Positions 53,886 through 64,000 of a DNA stretch of 64,000 bases are shown here, piece by piece; position 1 is the stretch's first letter; the number at the start of each line of letters is the position of its first letter. The notes beneath the pieces are model-generated. The model worked only from the letters and a program-made list of their open reading frames with translations. It did no database searches and was not told the origin of the DNA. The DNA is from the human T2T-CHM13v2.0 reference genome, Homo sapiens. The DNA is taken from NCBI RefSeq assembly GCF_009914755.1, contig NC_060935.1; one strand, given 5' to 3'. The translations under genes were made by a program, and so were the position numbers.

Positions 53886-55209
53886 AGGGAAAAAGAGGGG
53901 ACTGTCAATGACACTGTATGGGGTTTGTCCCCAGGGGGAGGGCCAAGCGGTAGCTCACACAGGCACAAACCTGACCAGATGCCAGGGAGGCAGGTGTGTG
54001 AGGAACCCCAGCAAGTGTGCACACAGGAATGTGCCTTTGCCATCCTGGAAGGCTTCCCCAGGGAGGTGATCAGAGCAGGCCTGAGAATGAGCAGACAACA
54101 GGCTTTCTGTGCAGACACTCTTCCTTCCTGGCCCCAAGGAAAAGGAAGTGGAGAGGATGAGGGGGTCTGGGGCAGGGCAGGGGGATGTCAGTGGAGGCTG
54201 ATAGAAAATGGGAGGGGGACAGGTGGCCTATTTTGTAGCCCGGACTAGGCAAACATTGTCAAGGCCAGCAGCAGGGACACATGGTGAGGGGCAGAGACTT
54301 TGGGGTCCTGCAGACTTGGAGGTATTTAAAGCCATGGGACTGGAAGAAATTGTCTAGGAAGAGAGAGAAGAGAAGAAGTACAAGGACCGAGCCCTCAGAA
54401 TTTGAAGAGATGAGCAAGAATCAGCAGAGGAGTTAAGAAGGGGGGTCTGAAGTCCAGGAGAGCTTCCCGGGGCCTGAAATCACTCTTGGCAGCTCAGACA
54501 ATAATCACAAAATTATGGAAGCTGAAAAGCTAAGGGACAAGACAAGTGATAAATGACTTTGTGGACCTAAGAATGCTGAATCCACAGCTAGCAACAGGAA
54601 AAGCTGAGAATTAGTCCAATTTACACTGTAAAAGTCCACAAAAGCCTCAGGAACTGACAGTTCCAGACACCTCTGGAACGAGGGCTGGGGAGGAGGTGGT
54701 GAAGGCTGGGGAGGAGGTGGCGAAAACAGAAAGGACTAGAGGAAAGCCTTTTTGAGAAGCAGCTAGCAATGAGGCCATTCACTTAAACCTCTCTGAGACT
54801 GTTTCTTCAACTATAAATCTATAAAATGGGGATGACTGCCCATTTCACAGGGTTATTTTGAAACAGAAATAAGTCAAATGGAAAAAGTTCTTCACAATCA
54901 CTGCCATAGCTTCCTCTCCTACCATTTTCTCTAGAACTCATTCTGATCAGGCTTTCATTCCCATGGCTCCAGGAGACATCATTCATTGAGGTGACCAATG
55001 ACCTCTGTGCTGCCAGGCCCAAGGGTTACTTTTCCATCCCCATCTTACTCATCAGGCTGTTGGGCACAGGTGATCACTCCCTCTTTCCCGAAACCTCTGT
55101 GTCACTTGCTTCAGGGACACTACTCTGTCCTGTCTGTCCCTCTCCTTCACTGCCCTCTCCTTCTCGGTCTCCTCCCCCATTCCATGCTGCTGGGCAACTG
55201 CCCCCCACC

Positions 55210-56488
55210 CAACCCACTGCAGAACACTGGAAGTTTATTCTCTAGAAAGGGTCTCTACAGACCAAACAGCACAAATGAGGGGGTGAGTACCAGACCATAA
55301 ACAACGGAAACCAGTTAGCATGTAACACTAAATATGGGAGCCAGAGACTTCCAGCCCTGATCGTCTACTTGGTTCCAGAATGCTGGCAATCAGACGTTTA
55401 TCCTTCAGGCAGGAGTTTGGTAAAGTACCATCTGGGAAATACAGCCAGTCCAAGAAGAGGGACCCAAGACACCGACATTGTTCTCCAACAAACAGCCCAT
55501 TGAAGTTGGCAAGCACCCCTCAAGTTCAGAGCTTATAATCAGCTCTTCAGCCTGCTGAGTGACTTGTGAGCTGACAGCCATGGATTATCAGATACTTGAG
55601 GGAAGAAAGCTTCTAATACAAAAGATAGAGGCCAAAGCAAATAAACAGAAAAAAAATAATAACTTGGAGGAGAAAACTAGACAGAGGAAAGAAAATTTAG
55701 AAGTTAAAATTAATGTCCTCAGAGAGATAAAAGAAGATACTGCATCCACAAAATAAGAATGGAATACTATAAGAGAAGAACACTGAAAGAACAGCAAAGA
55801 GCTCTTGGAAATTTCTGATAGCAAAAACAAAAAATGCAATAGGAAAGAAGATAAATTTGGGGAAATACCCTAGAAAACAGAGCAAAAAGATGGAAAATAA
55901 GAGGAAATGTAGCCAGTATATTTTTATGGCAGCCAAAAGTGTGCCACAGGTGCAGTAGCATGTGCCTGTAGTGTGAGCTGCTTGGTAGGCTGAGGCAGGA
56001 GGATCACCTGAGCCCAGGAGTTCAAGGCTGCGTTGCACTATGATCACGCCTGTGAATAGCCACTGCACTTTAGCCTGGAAAACATGAGAGACCCCATCTC
56101 TTAAAAAAAAAAAAAAAAAGTAAAAAACTTAGAACACTAGTTCAGGAAATTCAACATCAATAACAAAATAAAAACAAAAAATAGAGAAAAATAAATCGAT
56201 AAAATAACTCATGAGATTTCCCAAAAACAAAAGAACATGAATTTCCAAGCTGAAAGACCACCATATGTTAAGTACAATTGATGAAAATAAGTGAACACTA
56301 AGACACATCATTATGAAGTTTCAGAACACTAAGGTTAAAGATAAAATTCAAATAGAAAAAAAATGGGAAGGTCACAATGAAAGAATCAAGAATTAGAATG
56401 GTTTTAAACTTTTCAACAGCCATACTAAAGAAGGCAAAGGAGTGACATGTTTAACGTTCTGAAGAAAAACAATTTACAAATTAGAATT
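55210..56488 (+). mobile_element. Ancient L1 5'/ORF1 remnant
   Basis: taatgtcctcagagagataaaagaagatactgcatcc...agacacatcattatgaagtttcagaacac. Confidence 0.65.
55945..56127 (+). mobile_element. FAM (fossil Alu monomer)
   Basis: Monomer carrying the FAM-specific segment ctatgatcacgcctgtgaatagccactgcact, plus A tail. Confidence 0.85.
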
Positions 56489-56654
56489 CTGTATTAGTCA
56501 GGATGGGCTTGGTTATACTACAATAACAGACAACTCCAAAATCTCAGCTGTTAACACATTCAACTCAGTTCAGCAGGGACCCAGGCTATTGGAGTTTTCA
56601 TCTATTTCCATAGTAGAAAAGGAAACATGACAAATGGCTCTCTTAAAAATTCTG

Positions 56655-58800
56655 TCAAGGTGATATCACCAAATTGGTACAGTCAAAGCAACCTGGCTTT
56701 ATTCTCTCCCACAAAAAATAAATAAATAAAATAAAATCCAGTACCAAGATTATCACCAGCATTATCCCAGAACTCAATTCTGAGGCTGAGACAATCCCCG
56801 GAACGACAGAGAAGTAAAACACTCTGAGTAGATGGTAAGAGAAACAGACTTCTCTATCCACAATGCCCCTCCTTCAATCTGCCAGGCACCACTCATGGAT
56901 CATTTCTTCCAGATTCACATTTTCTACACTGGAAGAAGTGAAAGCAAGGCAGACAGCCAGCTTCCTCACTTTCTTGGGTTCCCTTGCACAAACACTGTTC
57001 CTACCTCAGCCCACCAGAAGCACCACAAGTGCCTACAGGGAGAGAAAACCCTGAGGGTACCTAGAGACAAACAGGGGAGGCAGGACTAGAAACCCCAGCC
57101 CACAAAACTCTGCTTTTTATCTCAGCCAAAGGAGATGCCAAATCAGAGTAGCTGTTTAACAGCATGCTATAGAAGGCATGCTCCACGGGCCTACTGGGCA
57201 TACACTCCTTGCCAGCCTTCCCATTTAGCCAGAATATCCCCCATTCAGGACAAGCAGTGCTCTGAACATTTGGATGGGCAGTGCTCTGAACATTTGGATG
57301 GACAGTGCTCTGAACTTTCGTGAGAGCTGAGGCAAACCTGAGCTTAAAGCACTACCTAGTGCCAAGAAAGAGAGGCAACAATATAGGATTAAGGAGACTT
57401 GCAGACAGCTACAAAGAACCTTTAAGCAAATATACCCTAGAAAGACCAGAACATGTGAGACAGTGATGACTAGAATAAGTAACTAATCTTTCAATGAAAA
57501 TCCATAAATGTACATACACAAGAAACAACAGCAAACAGGGAATCATGACCTCCCCAGATGGACAAAGCAAAGAGCCAGTGATCAACCCTAACAAGATGGT
57601 GATGTGTGAACTCTCAGATAAAGAATTCAAAATAGCAATTCTAAGGAAATGCAGTGAATTCCAAGGTAATATAGAAAATCAATTCAGAAAATTAACAGAA
57701 ATTTCACAAAAAGGTTGAAATAATTTTTTAAAAAATCAAACAAAAGTCCTGGAACTGAGAAATGCATTTACTGAACTGAAAAATACATTAGAGACTCTCA
57801 ACAGCAGAAGGAAGATCAAGCAGAAGAATCAGTGAGCTCAAAGATAGTTTACTGGAAAATACACAGAAAAAAATGAAAAGGAATTTAAAATGCCTACAAG
57901 ATATAGAAAATAATTGCCAAAAAGCAAATGTATGTCATTGGCATTCAGGAGGGAGTTGAGAAACAGCAAGAGTAAGAAGTTTGTTCAAAGAAACAATAAG
58001 AAAATTTTCCAAACCTAAAGAAAGATGTAAATATCCAGGTTCAGGGACCACCAAACAGATTCAACCCAAATAAGACTACCCCAAGGCATATAATAATCAG
58101 ACTCTCAAAGGTCAAAGACAGAGGATCCTGAAAACAGCAAGAGAAAAGCAGCAAATAGTACATAAAAGAGCTCCAATTTGTCTAGCAACGTACTTCTCAC
58201 CAGAAACAGAGGCCAGGAGGGAGGAGGACAACATGTTTAAAGTGTTTTTAAAGAAAACTGCTGAGTACATTGTACCTGGCAAAGCTTTCCTTCAAACATG
58301 AAGGAAAGAGAAAGTCTTTCCCAGACTAACAAAAGCTGAGGGAATTCATCACTAGACTCGTCATACAAGAAATGCTAAAGAGAGTTCTTCAATCTGAAAG
58401 AAAGGTTGCAAAAAGCAAGCATTTGAAGTTATAAAACTTACTAGTAAAAGTAAGTGAACAAATTCAGAATACTCTAACACTGTAACTGTGGTGTGTAATC
58501 CACTCATGTCTCTAGTATGAAGACTAAAAGACAAAACTATCAGAAATAATAACTACAGTAACCTGTTAAGAGATAGGCAAAATAAAAAGATGTAAACTGA
58601 GACAACAAAAGTCAAAATGTAGCAAGGGGTGGAGTTAAAGTGTAGAGTTTTGTTTAGTTTTTCCTTTGTTTCTTATTTTTGTGATCAAATTTAAGTTGCT
58701 GTCTGTTTAGAAGAACTTGTAAGCCTCATAGTAACCACAAAGCAAAAATCTATAAATACACTACAAATAAAAAGCAATCAATTAAAACATACTACCAGAG
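56655..58800 (+). mobile_element. L1M1/L1MA-type 5' portion (5'UTR, ORF1, inter-ORF)
   Basis: ELSDKEFKIAILRK (ORF 57494-57718); ccaaggcatataataatcagactctcaaaggtcaaag. Confidence 0.75.
57255..57316. repeat. 24-bp tandem repeat x2.5 (cagtgctctgaacatttggatggg)
   Basis: Copies start at 57255, 57279 and 57303. Confidence 0.9.
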
Positions 58801-58907
58801 GAAGTCCATTCCAAGATGGCCAGATAGGAACAGCTCCAGTATGCAGCTCCCAGCGTGATTGACACAGAAGACAGGTGATTTCTGCATTTCCAATTCAGGT
58901 ACCTGGT

Positions 58908-59240
58908 TCATCTCACTGGGACTTGTTGGACAGTAGGTACAGCCCATGGAGCATGAGCCAAAGCAGGGCAGGGCGTCACCTCACCCGGAAAGCACAAGGA
59001 GTCGGGAGATTTCCCTTTCCTAGCCAAGGGAAGCCATGACAGACTGTACCTGGAAAATTGGGACACTCCCGCCCTAACACTACACTTTTCCAACGGTCTT
59101 AGCAAATGGCACACCAGGAGATTATGCCCCGCGCCTGGCTCAGCGGGTCCCACGCCCACAGAGCCTTGCTCACTACTAGTGCAGCAGTCCAAGATCAAAC
59201 TGCGAGGCAGCAGCCTGGCTGGGGAAGGGGCGTCCGCCAT
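58908..59240 (-). CDS. L1 ORF0 homolog, open, 110 aa (antisense; translation unproven)
   Basis: MADAPSPARLLPRSLILDCCTSSEQGSVGVGPAEPGAG... aligns by eye to primate L1 ORF0 (MAGAPPPASLPPCSLISDCC...SVGVGPSEPG); ATG context gcaATGG. Confidence 0.6.
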   Translation of the reverse strand: MADAPSPARLLPRSLILDCCTSSEQGSVGVGPAEPGAGHNLLVCHLLRPLEKCSVRAGVSQFSRYSLSWLPLARKGKSPDSLCFPGEVTPCPALAHAPWAVPTVQQVPVR

Positions 59241-59874
59241 TGCTGAAGCTTGAGTAGGTAAACAAAGCGGCTGGGAAGCTCGAACTGGGTGGAGCCCACC
59301 ACAGCTCAAGGAGGCCTGCCTGACTCTGTAGACTCCACCTCTGGGGGCAGGGCATAGCTGAACAAAAGGCAGCAGAAACTTCTGCAGACTTAAATGTCCC
59401 TATCTGACAGCTCTGAAGAGAGCAGTGGTTCTCCTAGCATGGAGTTTGAGCTCTGAGAATGGACAGACTGCCTCCTCAAGTGTGTCCCTGACCCCTGTGT
59501 AGCCTAACTGGGAGACATCTCCCAGTAGGGGCCGAATGACACCTCATAGAGCTGGGTGCCCCTCTGAAATGAAGCTTCCAGAGTAAGGATCAGGCAGTAA
59601 TATTTGCTGTTCTGCAATATTTGCTATTCTGCAATATTTGCTATTCTGCAATATTTGCTATTCTGCAGCCTCTGCTGGTGATACACAGGTAAACAGAGTC
59701 TGGAGTGGACCTCCAGCAAACTCCAACAGATCTGCAGCTGAGGGACCTGACTGTCAGAAGGAAAACTAACAAACAGAAAGGAATAGCATCAACATCAACA
59801 AAAAGGACATCCACACCAAAACCCCATCTGTGGGTCACCATCATCGAAGACCAAAGGTAGATAAAACCACAAAG

Positions 59875-60879
59875 ATGGGGAGAAACCAGAGCAGAAAAGC
59901 TGAAAATTCTAAAAACCACAGCATCCCTTCTCCTGCAAAGGATTACAGCTCCTTGCCAGCAACGGAATAAAGCTGGACGGAGAATGACTTTGATGAGCTG
60001 ACAGAAGTAGGCTTCAGAAGGTTGGTAATAACAAACTTCTCTGAGTTAAGGGAGGATATTCGAACCCATCACAAGGAAGCTAAAAGCCTTGCAAACAGAT
60101 TAGATGAATGGCTAACTAGAATAAGCAGTGTAGAGAAGACCTTAAATGACCTGATGGAGCTGAAAACCATGGAACAAGAACTATGTGACACATGCACAAG
60201 CTTCAGTAGTTGATTCAATAAACTGAAAGAAAGGGTATCAGTGATTGAAGATCAAATTAATGAAGTGAGAAGTTTAGAGAAAAAAGAGTAAAAAGAATGA
60301 ACAAAGCCTCCAAGAAATATGGGACTATGTGAAAACACCAAATCTACGTTTGATTGGTGTACCTGAAAGTGACGGGGAGAATGGAACCAAGTTCGAAAAC
60401 ACTCTTCAGGATATTGTCCAGGAGAACTTCCCCAACCTAGCAAGGCAGGCAAACATTCAAACTCAGGAAATACAGAGAACACTACCAAGATGCTCCTTGA
60501 GAGGAGCAACCCCAAGACACATAATTGTCAGATTCACCAAGGTTGAAATGAAGGAAAAAATGTTAATGGCACCCAGAGAGAAAGGTCGAGTTAGCCACAA
60601 AGGGAAGCCCATCAGACTAACAGTGGATCTCTCAACAGAAACTCTACAAGTCAGAAGAGAGTGGGCACCAATATTCAACATTCTTAAAGAATTTTCAACC
60701 CAGAATTTCATATCCAGCCAAACAAAGCTTCATAAGGAGAAATAAAATCCTTTATAGACCAGCAAATGCTGAGAGATTTTGTCACCACCAGCCCTGCCTT
60801 ACAAGAGCTCCTGAAGGAAGCACTAAACATGGAAAGGAACAACCGGTACCAGCCACTGCAAAAACATGCCAAATTGTAA
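59875..60879 (+). pseudogene. L1 ORF1p, disrupted (stops and frameshifts)
   Basis: ATG GGG AGA AAC CAG...; fragments PNLRLIGVPE and ENFPNLARQANIQ; split across several ORFs. Confidence 0.9.
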
Positions 60880-60942
60880 AGACCATCGATGCTAGGAAGA
60901 AACTGCATCAACTAACGGGAAAAATAACCAGCTAACATCATA

Positions 60943-63900
60943 ATGACAGAATCAAATTCACACATAACAATATTAACCTTAAATGTAAATGGGCTAAATG
61001 CCCCAATTAAAAGACACAGACTGGCAAGTTAGATGAAGAGTCAAGACCCATCAGTGTGCTGTATTCAGGAAACCCATCTCATGTGCAGACACACACATAG
61101 GCTCAAAATAAAGGGATGGAGGAAGACCTACCAAGCAAATGGAAAACAAAAAAAGCAGGTGTTGTTGCAATCCTAGTCTCTGATAAAACAGACTTTAAAC
61201 CAACAAAGATCAAAAGGGACAAAGAAGGCCATTACATAATGGTAAAGGGAGCTAACTACCCTAAATATATATGCACCCAATACAGGAGCGCCCAGATTCA
61301 TAAAGCAAGTTCTTAGAGACCTACAAAGAGACTTAGACTCCCACACAATAGTGGGAGTCTTTAACACCCCACTGTCAATATAAGACAGATAAACAAGATA
61401 GAAGGTTAACAAGGATATCCAGGACTTCAACTCAGCTCTGCACCAAGCAGACCTAATAGACATCTACAGAACTCTCCACCCCAAATCAACAGAATATACA
61501 TTCTTCTCAGCACCACATTGCACTTATTCCAAAATTGACCACATAGTTGGAAGTAAAGCACTCCTCAGCAAATGTAGAAGAACAGAAATCACAACAAACT
61601 GTCTCTCAGACCACAGTGCAATCAAATTAGAACTCAGGATTAACAAACTCACTCAAAACCGCACAACTACATGGAAACCGAACAACTGCTCCTGAATGAC
61701 TACTGGGTAAATAACGAAATGAAGGCAGAAATAAAGATGTTCTTTAAAACCAATGAGAACAAAGACACAACATACCAGAATCTCTGGGACACATATAAAG
61801 CAGTGTGCAGAGGGAAATTTATAGCACTAAATAATGCCCACAAGAAAAAGCAGGAAAGATCTAAAATTGACACCCTAACATCACAATTAAAAGAACTAGA
61901 GAAGCAAGAGCAAACACATTCAAAAGCTAGCAGAAGGCAAGAAATCAGAGCAGAACTGAAGGGGATAGAGACATAAAAAACCCTTCAAAAAAAATCAATG
62001 ACTCCAGGAGCTGGTTTTTTGAAAAGATCAACAAAATTGATAGACTGCTAGCAAGACTAATAAAGAAGAAAAGAAAGAAGGATCAAACAGACATAATAAA
62101 AAATGTTAAGGGGGATATCACCACTGATCCCACAAAAATACAAGCTACCATCAGAGAATATTATAAACAACTCTACGCAAATAACTAGAAAATCTAGAAG
62201 AAATGGATAAATTCCTGGACACATACAACCTCCCAAGACTAAACGTGGAAGAAGTTGAATCCCTGAATAGACCAATAACAGGCTCTGAAATTGAGGCAAT
62301 AATTAATAGCCTACCAACCAAAAAAAGTCCAGGATCAGACGGATTCACAGCCAAATTCTACCAGAGGTACAAAGAGGAGCTGGTACCATTCCTTCTGAAA
62401 CTATTCCAATCAATAGAAAAAGAGGGAATCCTCCCTAACTCATTTTATGAGGCCAGGATCATCCTGATACCAAAGCCTGGCAGAGACACAGCAAAAAAAG
62501 AGAATTTTAGTCCAATATCCCTGATGAACATCCATGCAAAAATCCTCAATAAAATACTGGCAAACCGAATCCAGCAGCACATCAAAAAGCTTATCCACCA
62601 AGATCAAGTTGGCTTCATCCCTGGGATGCAAGGCTGGTTCAACATATGCAAATCAATACACATAATCCATCACATAAACAGAACCAACGACAAAAAACAC
62701 CATTATCTCAATAGATTCAGAAAAGGCCTTTGACAAAATTCAACAGCCCTGCATGCTAAAACTCTCAAACTAGATACTGATGGAACGTATCTCAAAATAA
62801 TAACAGCTATCTATGACAAACCCACAGCCAGTATCATACTAAATGGGCAAAAACTGGAAGCATTCCCTTTGAAAACTGGTACGAGAGAGGGATGCCCTCT
62901 CTCACCACTCCTATTCAACATAGTGTTGGAAGTTCTGGCCAGGACAATCAGGCAAGAGAAAGAAATAAAGGGTATTCAATTAGGAAAAGAGGAAGTCAAA
63001 TTGTCCCTGTTTGCAGATGACAGACTGTATATTTAGAAAACTCCATGTCTCAGCCCAAAATCTCCCTAAGCTGATAAGCAACTTCAGCAGTCTCAGGATA
63101 CAAAATCAATGTGCAAAAATCACAAGCATTCCTATACACAAATAACAGACAATAACAGAGAGCCAAATCATGAGTGAACTCCCATTCACAACTGCCTCAA
63201 AGAGAATAAGGTACCTAGGAATCCAACTTACAAGGGATATGAAGGACTTCTTCAAGAAGAACTACAAACCACTGCTCAACGAAATAAAAGAGGACACAAA
63301 CAGATGGAAGAACATTCCATGCTCATGCATAGGAAGAATCAGTATCGTGAAAATGGCCATACTGCCTAAGGTAATTTATAGATTCAATGCCATCCCCATC
63401 AAGCTACCAATGACTTTCTTCACAGAATTGGAAAAAACTACTTTAAAGTTCATATGGAACCAAAAAAGAGCCTGCATTGCCAAGACAGTCCTAAGCAAAA
63501 AGAACAAAGCTGGAGGCATCATACTACCTGACTTCAAACTATACTACAAGGCTACAGTAACCAAAACAGCATGGTACTGGTACCAAAACAGAGATATAGA
63601 CCACTGGAACAGAACGGAGGCCTCAGAAATAACACCACACATCTACATCTGCTCTTTGACAAACCTGACAAAAATAAGAAATGGAGAAAGGATTCCATGT
63701 TTAACAAATGGTGCCAGGAAAACTGGCTAGCCATATGTAGAAAGCTGAAACTGGATCCCTTCCTTACACCTTATGCAAAAATTAATTCAAGATGGATTAA
63801 AGACTTAAATGTTAGATGTAAAACTATAAAAACCCTAGAAGAAAACCTAGGCAATACCATTCAGTACATAGGCATGGGCAAGGACTTCATGACTAAAACA

Positions 63901-64000
63901 CCAAAAGCAATGGCAACAAAAGCCAGAATAGACAAATGGGATATAATTAAACTGAAGAGCTTCTGCATGGCAAAAGAAACTACCATCACAGTGAAGAGGC
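60943..64000 (+). pseudogene. L1 ORF2p (EN-RT), disrupted, truncated by the window end
   Basis: MTESNSHITILTLNVNGLN start; LFADD at ~63008-63022; fragmented ORFs 61671, 62203 and 63170. Confidence 0.92.

Larger units (their letters stand above)
58801..64000 (+). mobile_element. 5'-complete L1PA (PA5-7-like), runs off the window end
   Basis: YY1 site caagatggcc 58812-58821, ~1.07-kb 5'UTR, ORF1, inter-ORF spacer, ORF2 with EN and RT. Confidence 0.95.

Noticed and set aside
58801-64000. Retrotransposition-competent L1
   Set aside because: Multiple stops and frameshifts in ORF1 and ORF2; older subfamily

Overview
Primate (human-like, AluY-containing) non-coding genomic DNA. I found no credible host protein-coding exon, tRNA, rRNA or CRISPR array; the ORF track is chance ORFs, Alu/L1-derived ORFs and repeat artefacts. 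The window alternates between two kinds of block. (i) Retrotransposon stacks: 8.2-27 kb is an ancient L1 carrying a nested L1MC, a 5'-truncated L1PA, Alus, an MLT2 LTR and a full MLT1C provirus that itself holds MST and THE1 LTRs; 54.5-64 kb is old L1 5' ends plus a 5'-complete L1PA5-7-type element whose ORF1/ORF2 are broken but whose antisense ORF0 is open. (ii) Insertion-poor MIR/L2 blocks (0-8 kb, 27-48 kb) with several unique, motif-dense segments that look like developmental enhancers, the best at 42.4-42.75 kb. I see no evidence for a wholly new biological system. The strongest leads are the candidate enhancer cluster, the open extended L1 ORF0, an expansion in or next to the ZNF93-target part of the L1 5'UTR, and several young tandem repeats. 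Repeat subfamily names come from recalled consensus motifs and need RepeatMasker/Dfam confirmation. The locus could not be identified.
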